Positions 12,446 through 25,500 of a DNA stretch of 64,000 bases are shown here, one piece after another. Made by a program: the position numbers and the translations under genes. Each line of letters begins with the position of its first letter. The stretch's first letter is position 1. This DNA comes from Gekko japonicus (Eukaryota), in assembly GCF_001447785.1 (NCBI RefSeq), contig NW_015164181.1, positions 1,070,504 to 1,134,503 of the forward strand. Reading direction: 5' to 3'. Below the pieces are notes generated by a model, which was given only the letters and a program-made list of their open reading frames with translations, had not been told where the DNA came from and did no database searches.

Positions 12446-13036
12446 AAACTATAGACTGAATTTTTTTAAATTGCATTGTCCGTTACCACTCTGTAATCGT
12501 TTCCGAGCCTGAACGAGAAAGTTGGACCACAAATGAAGCAAATAAATGTTTGAGGTAGGAGGTAGGGTTGCCAAATCCGGGGGAGATTTGCAAGTGGGGG
12601 GAACCTCAGCAGGGTATAACAACACAGACTTACGAGCTCTTCAGGATTTTGCGCCACCGTGGATACTACGCAAACTTTAAATAAATGAGAGAATGTGTAA
12701 AGTTTTGGCCACATTCAGTCAAAAAATGTGGCCATATAGCTGAAAACAGGAAAGTTGACTGAGGCTATTACCTTGGGTTACTAGACGTCCTTTTTTTTTT
12801 TTTTAGGCTATGCCCTAGGTTTTTGGGTATAGAGCAAGCAGAAGCAGCCATTTTCGGCAGAGTTAATAACCTCTGTGGTCTGGAAATCACGTGTAATTCC
12901 AGATCTCCAGGTCCCATATGGAGGTTAGCAACGCTAAGTGGGATGTTGGAGGCAAGAATTTCCTAAGTGATCTTGGGATATTAAGACCCGCATAGGAAGT
13001 GGGTCCCCTTAGGTCTAGTCAAAGCTGTACACTGCC

Positions 13037-13255
13037 TAGGGTTGCCAGGTCTGGATTGGAAAATACCTGGAGACTTTGGGGGTGGAGCCAGGAGAGGGCG
13101 GGGTTTGGGGAGGGGAGGGGCCTTAGCATAGTACAATGCTATGGCGTCCACCCTGCAAAGCAGCCATTTTTTCCAGGGGAGCTGATCTCTGTCAGCTGGA
13201 GATCAGTTGTAAAAGCGGGAGATCCCCAGGTCCCACCTGGAGGCTGGCAACCCTA
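13037..13255. mobile_element. hAT MITE (TAGGGTTGCCA TIR family); copy at 28206-28407 (TSD ACTTGTCT), further copy about 28425-28722
   Basis: TIRs TAGGGTTGCCAG / CTGGCAACCCTA; perfect 8-bp TSD ACACTGCC; ends about 40 nt before the MIS12 acceptor. Confidence 0.85.
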
Positions 13256-13337
13256 ACACTGCCTCAGACTATGATTATTATTTTTTTGTTCCAGATTCCA
13301 GATTTCTACATGGTGTGTACACTCTTTGCTCATCAAG

Positions 13338-13958
13338 ATGTCTGTAAATGTCATGATCTACGAAACCCAGTTCTTTGGCTTCACCCCTCAGACGTGCATG
13401 ATGCGTATGTACCTTGCGTTCCAAGACCATCTCTTTCACATGATGCTGGTAATAGAAGAGGTGATCCTGAAGAAACTGGAGAGCATGCGCCACTCTAAGC
13501 TCACACCTTCTTCGATCCGTCGAAGCAGCGAAAAATTCCTTGCCTATATGAGGAACCACTTTGACCAGCTGTTTGGCAAAATGGAACAAGTGCTGCTACG
13601 GGTGGTGCTAACGATCCCAGAAAATGTTTTGCTCCCCGAAGACAGATGCCAGGATCAATACCGCTACACTGAAAGCCAGTTTCAAGAACTCCAGGAGGAG
13701 ATCTGTCACCTGGAGCACCGCATCAAGGCTGAAATATCTGCTCAGCAGGCTCTGAAAACAGAGCTAGAAGAGCAAAAAGCCACCCAGGAGCAGCTTGAAA
13801 GGATCCTTCAGTGGTTTGATGGCCTCGACAACATCTGCCGAGAACATGGGACCAGCAACCTCAAAGAAAGCTTTGCTTTCTTGAAAGGAAATGCCACCAA
13901 ATTGCAAACTGTGATGCAGGAAGTTGAAGATAAAAGCAAGAAGTTGCACAAGAAGTGA
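13338..13958 (+). CDS. MIS12: Kinetochore protein MIS12, single coding exon, 206 aa
   Basis: [33 protein letters not shown]...; YE(x)QFFGFTP N-terminal motif of MIS12. First ATG at 13338 (the listed ORF starts at an upstream TTG). Acceptor ttgttccag at 13294; head-to-head with DERL2 as in mammals. Confidence 0.96.
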   Translation: MSVNVMIYETQFFGFTPQTCMMRMYLAFQDHLFHMMLVIEEVILKKLESMRHSKLTPSSIRRSSEKFLAYMRNHFDQLFGKMEQVLLRVVLTIPENVLLPEDRCQDQYRYTESQFQELQEEICHLEHRIKAEISAQQALKTELEEQKATQEQLERILQWFDGLDNICREHGTSNLKESFAFLKGNATKLQTVMQEVEDKSKKLHKK

Positions 13959-14138
13959 TTGCGCTAAGGAAGCACTAGAGCAGAAAGAGTTTGCCATTAC
14001 GCTAATAAGCCTTTTGTTACCCCCAAATAATAAACTTGAATTGTATGCTAAAAGCAGATTCTGAAAGGTTGATCTCCAGGCAGCTATGTGTATGACAGAC
14101 TTAGAATTTCCATTCTGTTTCCTCTGTTAATTAACAAT

Positions 14139-14227
14139 GGCTGCGGTCACACACACTAAATAATACACTTTTAATCCACTTTCAGTGCACTTTCCAACTG
14201 GATTATTTAGTGTGTGTGACCGCAGCC
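14139..14227. mobile_element. 89-bp palindromic MITE (Harbinger-like)
   Basis: Perfect 26-bp inverted repeat GGCTGCGGTCACACACACTAAATAAT; 3-bp TSD AAT. Confidence 0.8.
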
Positions 14228-14949
14228 AATAAATAGGTCATCTCATGTCTTTTTCAGTTTCAGGAATAAAATAGACCTATATGGTTTTCATCTGTCAATT
14301 CTAGATTTGAACTAAATTTCAGAATCCACATGTATACATACATATGTGTGTGTACATATATGTGTGCAGTTTCTCTCAGGCTTGCAGGCCAATCACCAAA
14401 GCTTTCCAAAAGCTACTAGACTAGCATCCTCTTGCATTTACCTTTCTTGTTTAGTTTATGGGGCTTTGAAAATCAGGAGCAGCTAAGTCTGTTGGGAAAA
14501 GTTTGGGTTTTATGTTTCTGCCCTGCACTTTTCCCTATCTGGCTCTTGAGGCGATTTGCAGTAATTTAATACAAAACATGTGATACAAGTAAAACTAAAA
14601 CACCTGGCAGGATCTTTTAACTGGCAATGAGACCACTTTCCTTCTTCTGTATGAACAAAAGTAGTATAAATATATAGGTGGTCCAGTAGTCACGTCTGCT
14701 GTAGACAAGCAGGAAAAGCCTTTCTGAATACAGTTCAGTACGGTTGCATCAGAAACGGACGAAGCTGCCTTATACCAAGTCAGATTACTGACTTAAACTA
14801 GCCCACTGTTCTTAGCTACGATTGGCAGAAGCTCTTTAGGTTCTCCCAGGCCAGGGTCTTTCCCTTTCAAATATGGGGAGATGGGGTTTGAACCCAGGAC
14901 CTTCTGCATGCCAAGCATGTGCTTTACCACTGAGCAAGATGCCATAGAC

Positions 14950-15911
14950 CAGGGGTCCCCAGCCACCCTGTCGGGAGCCACATGCAGCTCTTTCACACAT
15001 ATTGTGTGGTTCCTGGCAGGGTGGCTGGGGAAGTGAAGGGGAGGCATGCCTCCATGATCGGTCTTCCCTTCCCAAACCAGTGTTTCCCTCCCTGGGTAGG
15101 CTTGCGGTGGGGGGCTTGGAGAACGCCAGCTGGCTTTCTTTCTTTCCACCCTTCCAATATTTGTTTTCTTTCCACTTTCTCTCTTTCCCCCCATCCGATC
15201 TAAAGTTAAATGGGTTCTCCAAGCCCCAGCACACCACCCGGCTGGCTTGGCTTGGCAAAGGCATTTGTCTCTTTAAATCCCTTTTCCAAGTCAAGCTGAT
15301 GCAGCAGTGGTTGCAGAGGGCTTGGAGAACACATTTGAAGTTAAAGGCATTCTCCAAGCCCCCGCCCACCTGCTTGGGGGGAGTTGGAGAACACATTTAA
15401 AGTTAAAGTTGTTTTCTTTCCACCTCTCCCTCCCTCCCCCTTTGATTTTTTTCCACCTCTTTCCTTCTCCCTTCATTCCTTTCTATTTTCCTTCCTTCCT
15501 TCCTCCCCCATCTATTTTCTTTCTCCCCTTGTCTATTTGCTTTCTGTTTCTCCTTCCTTCCAACCTCTCATTCTTTCCACCTTTCTCTTCCTTCCCATCT
15601 ATTTGCTTTGTTTCTTTCTCTTTCTCCCTTCCTTCCTCCCCCTTGTTCCCCATGTTTGCTTTCTTTGTTTCTCTTTCTCTTAGACGAATAAATATCATTA
15701 ACAAACAAATATCATTGGGCAAATAAATATTATCAACATCTGTTTTTACCCCTTTTGTTTTTATTTTTGCAGTCTCATTTAATGTTAATAAAAAGCAAAT
15801 TTGCATATTTCCCCCCCAAAAAAGTGTGTAAGTCGTTCATGTCTTGTGGCTCTCAAACATCTGACGTTTATTCTATGTGACTCTTATGTTAAGCAAGTCT
15901 GGCTGCCCCTG
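14950..15911. mobile_element. Longer non-autonomous hAT element related to 9403-9671, with a CT-rich interior
   Basis: CAGGGG...CCCCTG termini; 3' ~220 bp shared with the 9403 element; degenerate TSD CCATAGAC/CCGTAGAT. Confidence 0.75.
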
Positions 15912-16472
15912 CCGTAGATTCTTAGCAAAATTCATGGTCTTCCTCAACTCACATAGTTTTAGATTAAAAGACTGTGCTCTAACCAGGAGTTACAGCTTTT
16001 GCAATAATAATAAGGCCGTAAACCAGTTTCAATAATTTGGGGGTATCTAGAGCAGTATTTTGACTGACAGTGGTTTTGAATCCACAGAGCCAATATATCT
16101 TTGAATACAGGAGGGGGGGAAGCCCCATTCTCCCAGTTGTTCCACTTTGGCCAAGTCCCCTCCCAGCCCTTTGGTAGCACTTCTGGGTATACAAAAAAAT
16201 CCAGTTGACTTTATGAGTAACCTCTTCAATGCTTCAGAGGTGATTTTTTATTTAGTAAGACAGTGTACAAACCAACACAGTTCAATTTAAATTAAAATAC
16301 AAATTCTATATAGCAGTAAAGAATACTTTTTGCAGTTATATACAATATGTGCATTGAGAACATACATTTATTAACAAGATATACAAGATGCCTTCCAAAC
16401 ATTTGAAGCTTGGGAAAAAAGGAGTCTCTCAGAGCTGCATCTTTCCCAGAAGACAATCCAGCAAAGCTGAGG

Positions 16473-16502
16473 TTACAAAATGACTGCCAAGAAATCACAA
16501 AT
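16473..16502 (-). CDS. RPAIN: RPAIN coding exon 7 (terminal)
   Basis: tag|ICDFLAVIL*; AATAAA on minus strand at 16367-16372 and 16247-16252. Confidence 0.9.
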   Translation of the reverse strand: MCDFLAVIL

Positions 16503-19500
16503 CTAGAGAAAGGAGGGAAAAATTAAAATGCCAGGTTGTCTTTTGTTTTCAAAAGAGAAAGATGATAGTCTGGCTGCCTCTTATGCACCCTTCATAGTTC
16601 TGCCCTGTTTAATGTAGGGTAGCACTATGAAGAGTACATGCGAAGTTCAGGGCGTCTCCATTTCTAGCTTTAGTGTCCGTGCTCTGGAGGTTGGGTGCAG
16701 TTGCCTCTCCTCCACCAGCACCAGGCAAGGATCAAACCTTCACAACAAGGAGCAGCCAGGAGGTGGGAATGAGCTGAGCCCAGTGCTGATACCCACCTCC
16801 TGACTAGTTATTGTCAACACTAAAAAAAAAACCTCCAAGGCACAAGAGAAAGTGATCTCATGCTGCATTTTTAACTGCCCAAATAATTTATTTTCATGTG
16901 TCTCTTTTTTTTATAAGTCCTATTGGGATTACTCTGTACAGAGTGATAATGCATCATCCTGGTAGTTTTAATATCACTGTACAACTTCAGTAAATAAAAA
17001 CAGCAAGATCTCCCCATGCCTCCTTTCCCCTCCTGCACAAATAAAGTACGTTACAAAAAAAGTAACTTTTATAAATTGCTCTTTCTATCTTATTCGTCTT
17101 TGGTATCTTGTGTCAAATGGAGACAGGAAAAAAGTACAGCCATCTTGGTTCACACAAAATCCAGAAATGATAACAAAATCTGTGTAATACCTTTGTGAGA
17201 TGCAAGCAGGCCAAGCTGGCTGATTCTCCTAAAAGTGATGTCTACAAGATCAGACCTTAACACCACTGCCTGAGAAATCTGCCTTCTACCCTTCTATTTT
17301 TTAAAATTTCGTAATAGCCACCCTGATTAAGAGTTCCAGTAAGCTTGCATGACATTCTGTCATTGTGGTTGGTTCCTAATAAAAGGTTTTCTTTCTTTTA
17401 AAGAGAAGAAGGCCTATATTGTTAGAAGATGTCTGGAGAGATGAGAGACCTGGATTCAAATCCCCATCCCCCACCCCAGCCATGAAGCTCACTGGGTGAT
17501 TTTGGCCCCGTCTCACACAGACTGACACAGATAACCTTGCAGAACTGCTGTAAGAATACTGTGAGTGGAGAAACATGCCTGCCTGCCTAAGCTCCTTGGA
17601 AGACGGGTTGGATGGAATGGTGGCAGCCAGGCTTGTAGCTCAGTATATATCCTGCTCTCTGGGTGCACTTAATAATTGCCTTCTGTTTGACTCGTGTTAT
17701 TTAAGGTAATTGAGAGAGGAGGGGTGTAAAAGAAAATATCCCCCCCCCCATGAGTCAGTGGGTGGAATATCCAGTTTGAACTAGAGCATCTCTTCATCAG
17801 GGAGCTCACAGAATGGAAGCTTACCTGACAACTCATGAGAAGGTTGGTTTCTCCATCCATCCCGCTAGTTACAGAGAACTCAGGACTGTGCTGGCAGTGT
17901 TGGCTGTGCTCCGCTACCCCATCAGCTAGCAGTGACCGAAGCATCTCTTCGGTCACCCCCTTGGAGAAAGAATCAATTGCATGTGATTTAGCAGAGCTGC
18001 CACCCTACCCAGTTATCTATCCCTCCCCCGATACTGTCCACCATGTTCTCCGTGTAACACCCCCCCCCATGGAAACCCAGATACTCCATTGTTTGATTAT
18101 TTACCACCATCCCCAAACCCCTTCAGCACTGAGTTTTCAACACTGCACACCTGTCTTATAGTACTTTTAACTGTAAATCCCCGCAGATTAAAGATATGTA
18201 TCCAATCACCTGTGTACAGAAGGTACACAGTTTTCCTGAATTCCTCTCTGTTCTCTGCAGATCCTTCCAACCCCTGGAAAGACCATTCCTGGGGTCCCAG
18301 AATCCATGCAAAAGAACCGCTGAGCAGTCAGCGGGCTCGAGAGATGCAGGAATGAAATCGAGCCCTTCCTTTAACAGCTGCAGAAGGCGGGGAGATTTTG
18401 TCATTCTTCACTTCAGCCCCACCCCCACAGCTACTACTTTGCACAGGTCCCTCAACCCTGGGGATGATCCTGCCAGGGGTCAGAAGGGACTGCAGGGACA
18501 GAGACAAAGACAGGAGTTCCATTCACAGAATGGTAGGGGACATGCCCGCAAGGAGGAGACCAGGTGGCAAAGAGAGGCACCATCGAGAGAGGGAGGACGT
18601 GTTACAGAGACCAGTTCCCCTGGAGGAAGTGAGCGCTTCAGAGGACAGTCTTGGTATACCATAGTTCGAGGAGTCACGGGAGTCCTAGGGTGACATCACA
18701 TCCCCACTGAGCTCCTTTGCCTCTCCAAACGCCACCCACCACAGATCTCCAGGTCAGAGTAGGCAACCCTAGAGAGGTTGTGCAGCAGCTAGGTCAAGCA
18801 GGTCAAACTTATTTCTTCTCCACTAGCTCTAATATTTCACATTAAATCTTCCAAAGGGTCGAATGATATGTCGTAATTGTTATTGTAAGTTGATAATAGA
18901 AGTTTCCTTTTCTTTCTTCTCTTTCTTACCGCTCCAATAGTTCAGATTGCTTCCTAATGTTTCTATTAAGTTTACGCCAAGTCTGTTATCTTTCTACTGA
19001 AAACATATTCGGAAATGTGATGAGTAATGTATTGTAATTCTTTGAACATGTTATATCGTTGTACATACTCAGGAACTATTTACAGGATGTGAATGTAATT
19101 GGAAGATTAATTGTTCACTGTTTGAAGTGTTAGAATTGTTAAAAATTGGAAAAAAAAGACAAAAAAAAAAGAGCAAGCCTATGGTCTACCCGCATCTGCA
19201 ACACCATGTACAGTTCTGGTCACCATATCTCAGAAAGGGTAACAGCTCAAGAGAGGTTTTAGAAAACAGCAACCAAAATGATCAATGGATTGGAGCCCTT
19301 ACCCTACAAGAAAAGGCTCGGGAGCTGCTGGGGGGTTTCCAGTCGAGAGGGCAAGGGTAATAAGGGGTGCACACAGCAGACACTTAAAATTATGTATTTC
19401 ATCGAAAAACTGGAAAACTCTGCCTCATCTGATGAAAGCAGAACTCGGTGGCATCCAAGAACGATGGCCGGGAGGTGCGGAACAGACAAAGGGACTGGCA

Positions 19501-22500
19501 GCAGACTGGCAGAAATGCGTGGCCAAGGCTTGCTTTTCTGCACAGTCCACCTGCCCACACCACTTTCTTGCCCAAGTTATCCTAAGGAAGAGGGGGTCGG
19601 AGGAGATGCCTTGCGAAGCCCCCAGCGTGCTTCATTCACCCAAAAACTTTACCAGAGAGCAGTAGTGGCTGTCACGATTTCAGTGCCTTTGAGTGTTTGT
19701 TTACCTGTGTGCCGATGCACAGTCCGCAGGTACAGGTGACCACGTGACTCGTCATGGTGAGGTTATTCCTGGGGAAACGGAACAGGACTGTGAGAACAGC
19801 TCTCACCCCAATTCCCATGGCAAAAGCATCAGAAGGGAGAAGAAACAATGATCAAGAAATATATCTAACCCTCAACTCATATCATCCTCTGCAGCTGCCT
19901 GGAAATGTGGACTTTCAGGACAACAAAAAAAATGTTTTATAACCTTGATTTAAACGTTCAGTAAAACTGAGCAGTGAAGCAGGGGCTGGCAGTTCAACTG
20001 AGTTGGATAACACTGTTTTACGACCCAGCTGTGTTCCAGTGCTGGCGGGTATCCAACAAAACACCAGCAGGGTTAATCTCCAACTAAGCAGTGTTCTGTT
20101 GTCACCTGGATCATAGTGCAAGCAGTAGTGCTGGACGTGGCCCTTTGAGCATTTGTGAACAGGTAAATCTTGGGCTATTCTCTCTCTCAGCTTCACCTAC
20201 CTCAAAATGCTGTCATGAGGATACCCATGAGATTGATCCGGAAACTTCAGCTGGTCCAGAATGCAGCAGCGTGTGTCCTCACAGGGACACCATTAAGTTA
20301 AGAGCCCATACGTAACCGGTGCTCCACAAGCTGCACTGGCTCCAAGCTGAATACCGGATCAAATTCAAGGTCTTGGTTTTAACCTTTAAAGCCCTATTGC
20401 GGTCTGACACCAACGTACCTTCCGGACCAACTCTCCCGGTACGGCCCTCAAAGAGCATTACACTCTATGGATCAACATCGGCTGGTGATCCCCAGCTCGA
20501 AGGAAGTCCGCTTAGCCTCAACCAGATCCAGAGCCTTCTCGACTCTGGCACCAGCCTGGCGAAACACTCTCCCAGGAGAGATCCATGCCCTGAAAGACTC
20601 AATGCAGTTTTGCAGGGCCTGTAGAATGGAACTGTTCCACCAGGCCTATGCTTGAGGCCGTGGAGATCTATCAGTACTGGCCACCCCCGGCATGTGCACG
20701 GCTATGAATGGAGATCGTAAGTTCTTCAAGCGAAGAAATACAGGGTTGCTCACCTTTGACAGACTGGGCAGATCACCTTGGGTTCAGCATCTAAGCCCTC
20801 GAGCATCGCATTGAGGCACTCCTCATCAAACTGAAGGCTTTGTTCGTATTCCTCTATAGCCAGTTGTTCTGCAAGGGAGAAAGACACCGTCGCTTGCTAT
20901 CGGGAGCTCTATATGGTGGGCTCACTGGATAGCAGTGCACACTGACCCCCTAACTTTAGTTGTGGTATTCCCAAGTGCTGCTAATCGTCTCCTGATGTAG
21001 TAATTGGGTCACGTCAAATGCATTCCAAGTTCTGTACAAGGCCTGGCACCTAAAGTCTGATGCTAGGGATCAGAAATCTTTCCCGGCTCCAACAAGTGCT
21101 GCAGCACCACCAACCACTGCCGTTTCATGATATGGTCTCCATACGACACAAATCCGTTCTTCACACAGCCTTCAAGGTGTGACAAAGACGGTTCATCCTC
21201 CCTTTCACAAAACAAACTTTAAAAGTAAATGTTATACTGGGACAAAAAAAAAGCCCCGAACACAGTCTTATTTCCCGTGTGCTTACTCTATTAAACAAGT
21301 AAAATCAGTGCCTGGAAGTGAGAATCAATCGGGAAAAAGTGGCAAATTCCAGAGCCCCATGCTGGATCAGACCAGTGGTCCATCTAGTCCACCATCCTGT
21401 TTTGCACAACGGCCAACCACTCGCCCTTGCCCAGCAAACAGGGACATAGAGGCAGAGGCCTTCCCCTGATGCTGCCTCTCAGCACTGGTATTCAGAATTT
21501 TTCTAACTATAGTGGACCCCCTTCTTGTCACCATGGCTACATCCACTGGCAGTGAACCCCACAACCTAATTACTTGTTGAGTCGACAAATACTTCCATCC
21601 TCAATCTATTGCCCTACCCATTCACTGGGTCAGCAAGATGCTTGACCTGTCTGCTTATGGGGGAATGTTTAAGACATTCATATTCAGCCTCTTTGAAGTA
21701 TGCACATGAGGCACTTTCCAGCAATAATCAGAATACTAACATACAGCATAATGAATGAATGATAAAAAAGCATAGTGATCAACTAATCAGACCAGCGCTA
21801 CAATCGAAACTGCAGCAATAGTAGAGATAAAAGGGGAAAAGATACTACGAACAGCTCAGTCAATGAGAACTAGAACGTTGAGTGAAGTGAGTCCCTGACT
21901 AGGACCAGGGTTCAAATCCCCCCTCTATGAAGCTCACTGGGTGAATTTGGGTCGGTCACTCTCTTGTAAGAAACAGGAGAACCATGTAAGCTTTGCCAAG
22001 CTCCTTGAAGAAGGTAAAGGTTCCCTTGCTCGAAAGCCAGTCGAATCCGACTCTAGGGTTGCGGTGCTCATCTCTGTTTCAAAGCCGAAGAGCCAGCGCT
22101 GTCCGAAGACATTTCCGTGGTCATGTGGCCGGCATGACTAAACACCAAGGCGCACGGAACGCTGTTACTTTCCCACCAAAGTGGTACCTATTTATCTACT
22201 TGCAATTTCTTGCTTTTGAACTGCTAGGTTGGCAGGAGCTGGAACTAGAGACGGGAGCTCACTCCATCATGTGGCACACCCAGGTCTCGAACTGCTGAAC
22301 TACCGACCTTCCACAGCCTGTAGCTCAGCGTCTTAACCACTTGAGCCACCGCAGCTCCTTCTTCCTTGAAGAAAGGGGAAGATTAAAATGCGATAGATAG
22401 AAATTGACAGAACTGGGAAAATAAGGCTTTTTTGTTGGGTGTCTGAAACGCAAAAGCCTCAGTGCTGAGTGAGCTCAGGCGGAACATATGGACTATCAAT

Positions 22501-25500
22501 CAAGGCGGATATGATATTTCTTTTCCTAATGTCCCATTTCATTGACTGTACTGACTCACTGCGTGGAATCCACCTTGAGTCCCTGTAACTAAGGCAGACT
22601 ACAAAGAACATAAACCTTAAAAAAACTAAAACCTTGTGCTTGAGACAGCTTACAACAGTAATTAAAATCACAACAGTTAAAACCAGTTTGCTTAAAAAAA
22701 AAAAAAAGGAGTACCTTGCAAGATCAGCTCTTTCTGGATCTCCTCCAACACGGCTAGTTCATTGGAGTCTTCCAGAACCTAGAACCAAGCAGCACAGACT
22801 TAGCGTCAGGCCTTGGCACGTGAGAAAAGCCAGAGGGAAGCTATGGGTCAGAACTTGCAAAGCTCACCGTTTGCCATTTCCAGGAAAAGAAGAGGAAGAA
22901 GAGATTGGATTTATACCCCGCCCTATACTTTAAATGGGTTTATAAAGGGGAAGCCAACAGGGGTATACTTGAAAAGTTGGAAAGAATGTGCTCATGGTTG
23001 AAAATGTAATTTGAATAACATGATGGTGGCCACCTTGGGGGGGGGCAAGGGATAAAATAGGGGGGGAAGTATCAACAAGTTGGAACTAAACTGTAATGTA
23101 ATAACAATATTGGGATACAATAAAAAGATTAGTAAAGGATTTATACCCCGCCCTTCACTACCCAAAGGAGTCTCAGAGCAGCTTACAAACTCCTGTCCCT
23201 TCCCCTCCCCACAACAGACACCCTGTGAGGTAGGTGGGGCTGGGAGAGCTCTGACAGAAAGGGCTCTTTTCCCAAGAACAGCTCTGACAGAACTATGGCT
23301 TGCCCAAAGTCATCCAGCAAGGTGCAAGTGGAGGAGTGGGTGATCAAACCTGGTTCTCCCAGATTAGAGTCTGCGCACTTAACCATGGCACCAGACTGGC
23401 TCTCACACCAAAATAATCTCAGACCACAAGGCTGGGAACAGGCCACTGCCTGAGACCTAGGACTGGTGCTGCCAGTCAGTGCAGACAAAAGTTGAGCTGG
23501 GAGGAGATTCATTCTTATTTGTGTGGCTGCACACATACACACAAACACAAAGTGCAATCAGTGGGCTTATCCTGGAGTAGCTCTGCCCAGGGGTTTACAG
23601 GCATTTTCATTAAATCATGGCATCTACAGAAGATTCCCACGGGGACACTCTTTGAAAGGTGTCTCATTCCCATTTTCCTAACTTCTGCTGAGTTTGAGGC
23701 ATCACCCCAAAGGCTGCACAACCTGGCCAGGGAGCCAACGCATTCCCCCTACCTTCCACTTGTCTGCTTAGATTCTTGTTTGAGGCCCCATTCTGCATGC
23801 AGGAGATTAAGTGGGTAGTTACTGGGGAACAGCCTTTCCAAGACTGAGCCCAAGCTGGGCAGCTCCTTCTCCAGAGGGATTTAGTTCGCCTTCTTTCCCC
23901 TCTCTTTCAAAAAGATAGGTTGGCCCTGATTCTTACCACTAGTGTGAGTCACTGGGGAGGTGGGGCAGGTTTATAACAGGGAAACTGGATAAGCATCAAA
24001 CAGATAAATCGGCAGCATCTCACTGCACTGTCTGGCTGATCGGTTTCTAATTTGCTGTTCTTAATGGGTTTAACAAGATGACTTTTAAAAACATGACTGC
24101 CTGCTGCTTGAACATACGTGGGAAAGCAGTTTGTGGGGGCTAGGAAGACACAAAACAACGTGTGTAACTAACGTGGAGGGAAGTGTCTTTCTTCCAGAGG
24201 GACGGCAGTTTGGCGTCCACCGACTGCAAGGCCTGCCACTCGACCTCCATCACCTCCTGGACTAGAAGGGAGCTTCTTGTTCCTTCACCAGCAGCAGTAT
24301 CCTCTCCCACATGGCGGTATCGGTCTAAAAGCCTGGCCCGGCTGTTCTTCAACCTCTCCACGCAGCGCTGCAGATCAAGAAAAAACAGACGCGGGGAGGG
24401 GGAAAAAATAGTCAATTGCATTTGGAATAATTTTCTTGGTCTGTCTGACTAGCAAAAAATTTCATCCACTTCATAGGGGGCAGGTGGAGGAGGAAGAACA
24501 ACTTGCACATTCCTCCTCCCCGTGACTATATAAACTCTCAGAGTCTTGACTGAACTGGTCCTTGGTCCCAAGGTGGTCCCATGCAGTGGCTAGCGTGCCG
24601 AAGTAGGATCTGGGAAATCCAAGTTTGAACGTCCATTCTTCCCTGGAAGTGTGCTGTGGTCACCTTGGTCCAGTTCCACAAGCTCAGCATAACCTACCTC
24701 ACAGGGCAGTAGCGAGTATAAAATTATGTAAGGCCCTTTAGATCCCCGTTGGGGAAAAACACAGGATATAAACTGAATACATAAATAATAAACTGACTCA
24801 ACATCCTGTGCCACCAGGGAAGCATTCAGCTCTCATTAGACTGCTTTTTTTGGTTTAGTTTACAAAGTCCATGTGTCTCCATACTTGGGAGTCACCCCTT
24901 GCCCACCAATACAGAAACCAAAACCTTGTATGTGTGAGCAATCTGATTGTGCTATCTGTGTGACCGACACAAAGGACCAATAACTAATTGTAAAATTAGA
25001 CACAATTTATTTATGCTATTGAGAGTCTCCCTTTCTCATTGGGACTCAAGGCAGATTACACAGAGCAGGGGTGTCGAACTCATTTGTTATGAGGGCCAGA
25101 TCTGACATAAATGAGACCTTGTTGGGCCGGGCCATGTGTGTCATAAAATGTAATGCCAGGTAGCGGAGATATAAACTTTATAAAGGACACAAATACAAAG
25201 GGGTTTTTTTAACTTTAAAACATGCTTAAAACATTCGCTCTGTGAGCTGCACACCTACTTTTGATTTATTGACATTCACCACAGAAATCTCATGCTCAGA
25301 ATTCTGAGTCTAGGACCCAGGTTAAAACATGAAATGGCTGCATGATTAAGAGAGTCTGGCAAAGCAAGCTATGATGCAGCAGCAGAACTGGAAGCACGAG
25401 ATGGGCCAGTTCCACTGCAGGCCTGATGGAAACCCTCCGGGGGCCTGATCTGGCCCCTGGGCCGCATGTTTGACACCACTGACATAAAAATAAAACCAAT

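Noticed and set aside
15291-15806. Hydrophobic F/S/P-rich and K/E/G-rich ORFs
   Set aside because: Translations of CT-rich low-complexity sequence inside a hAT element.
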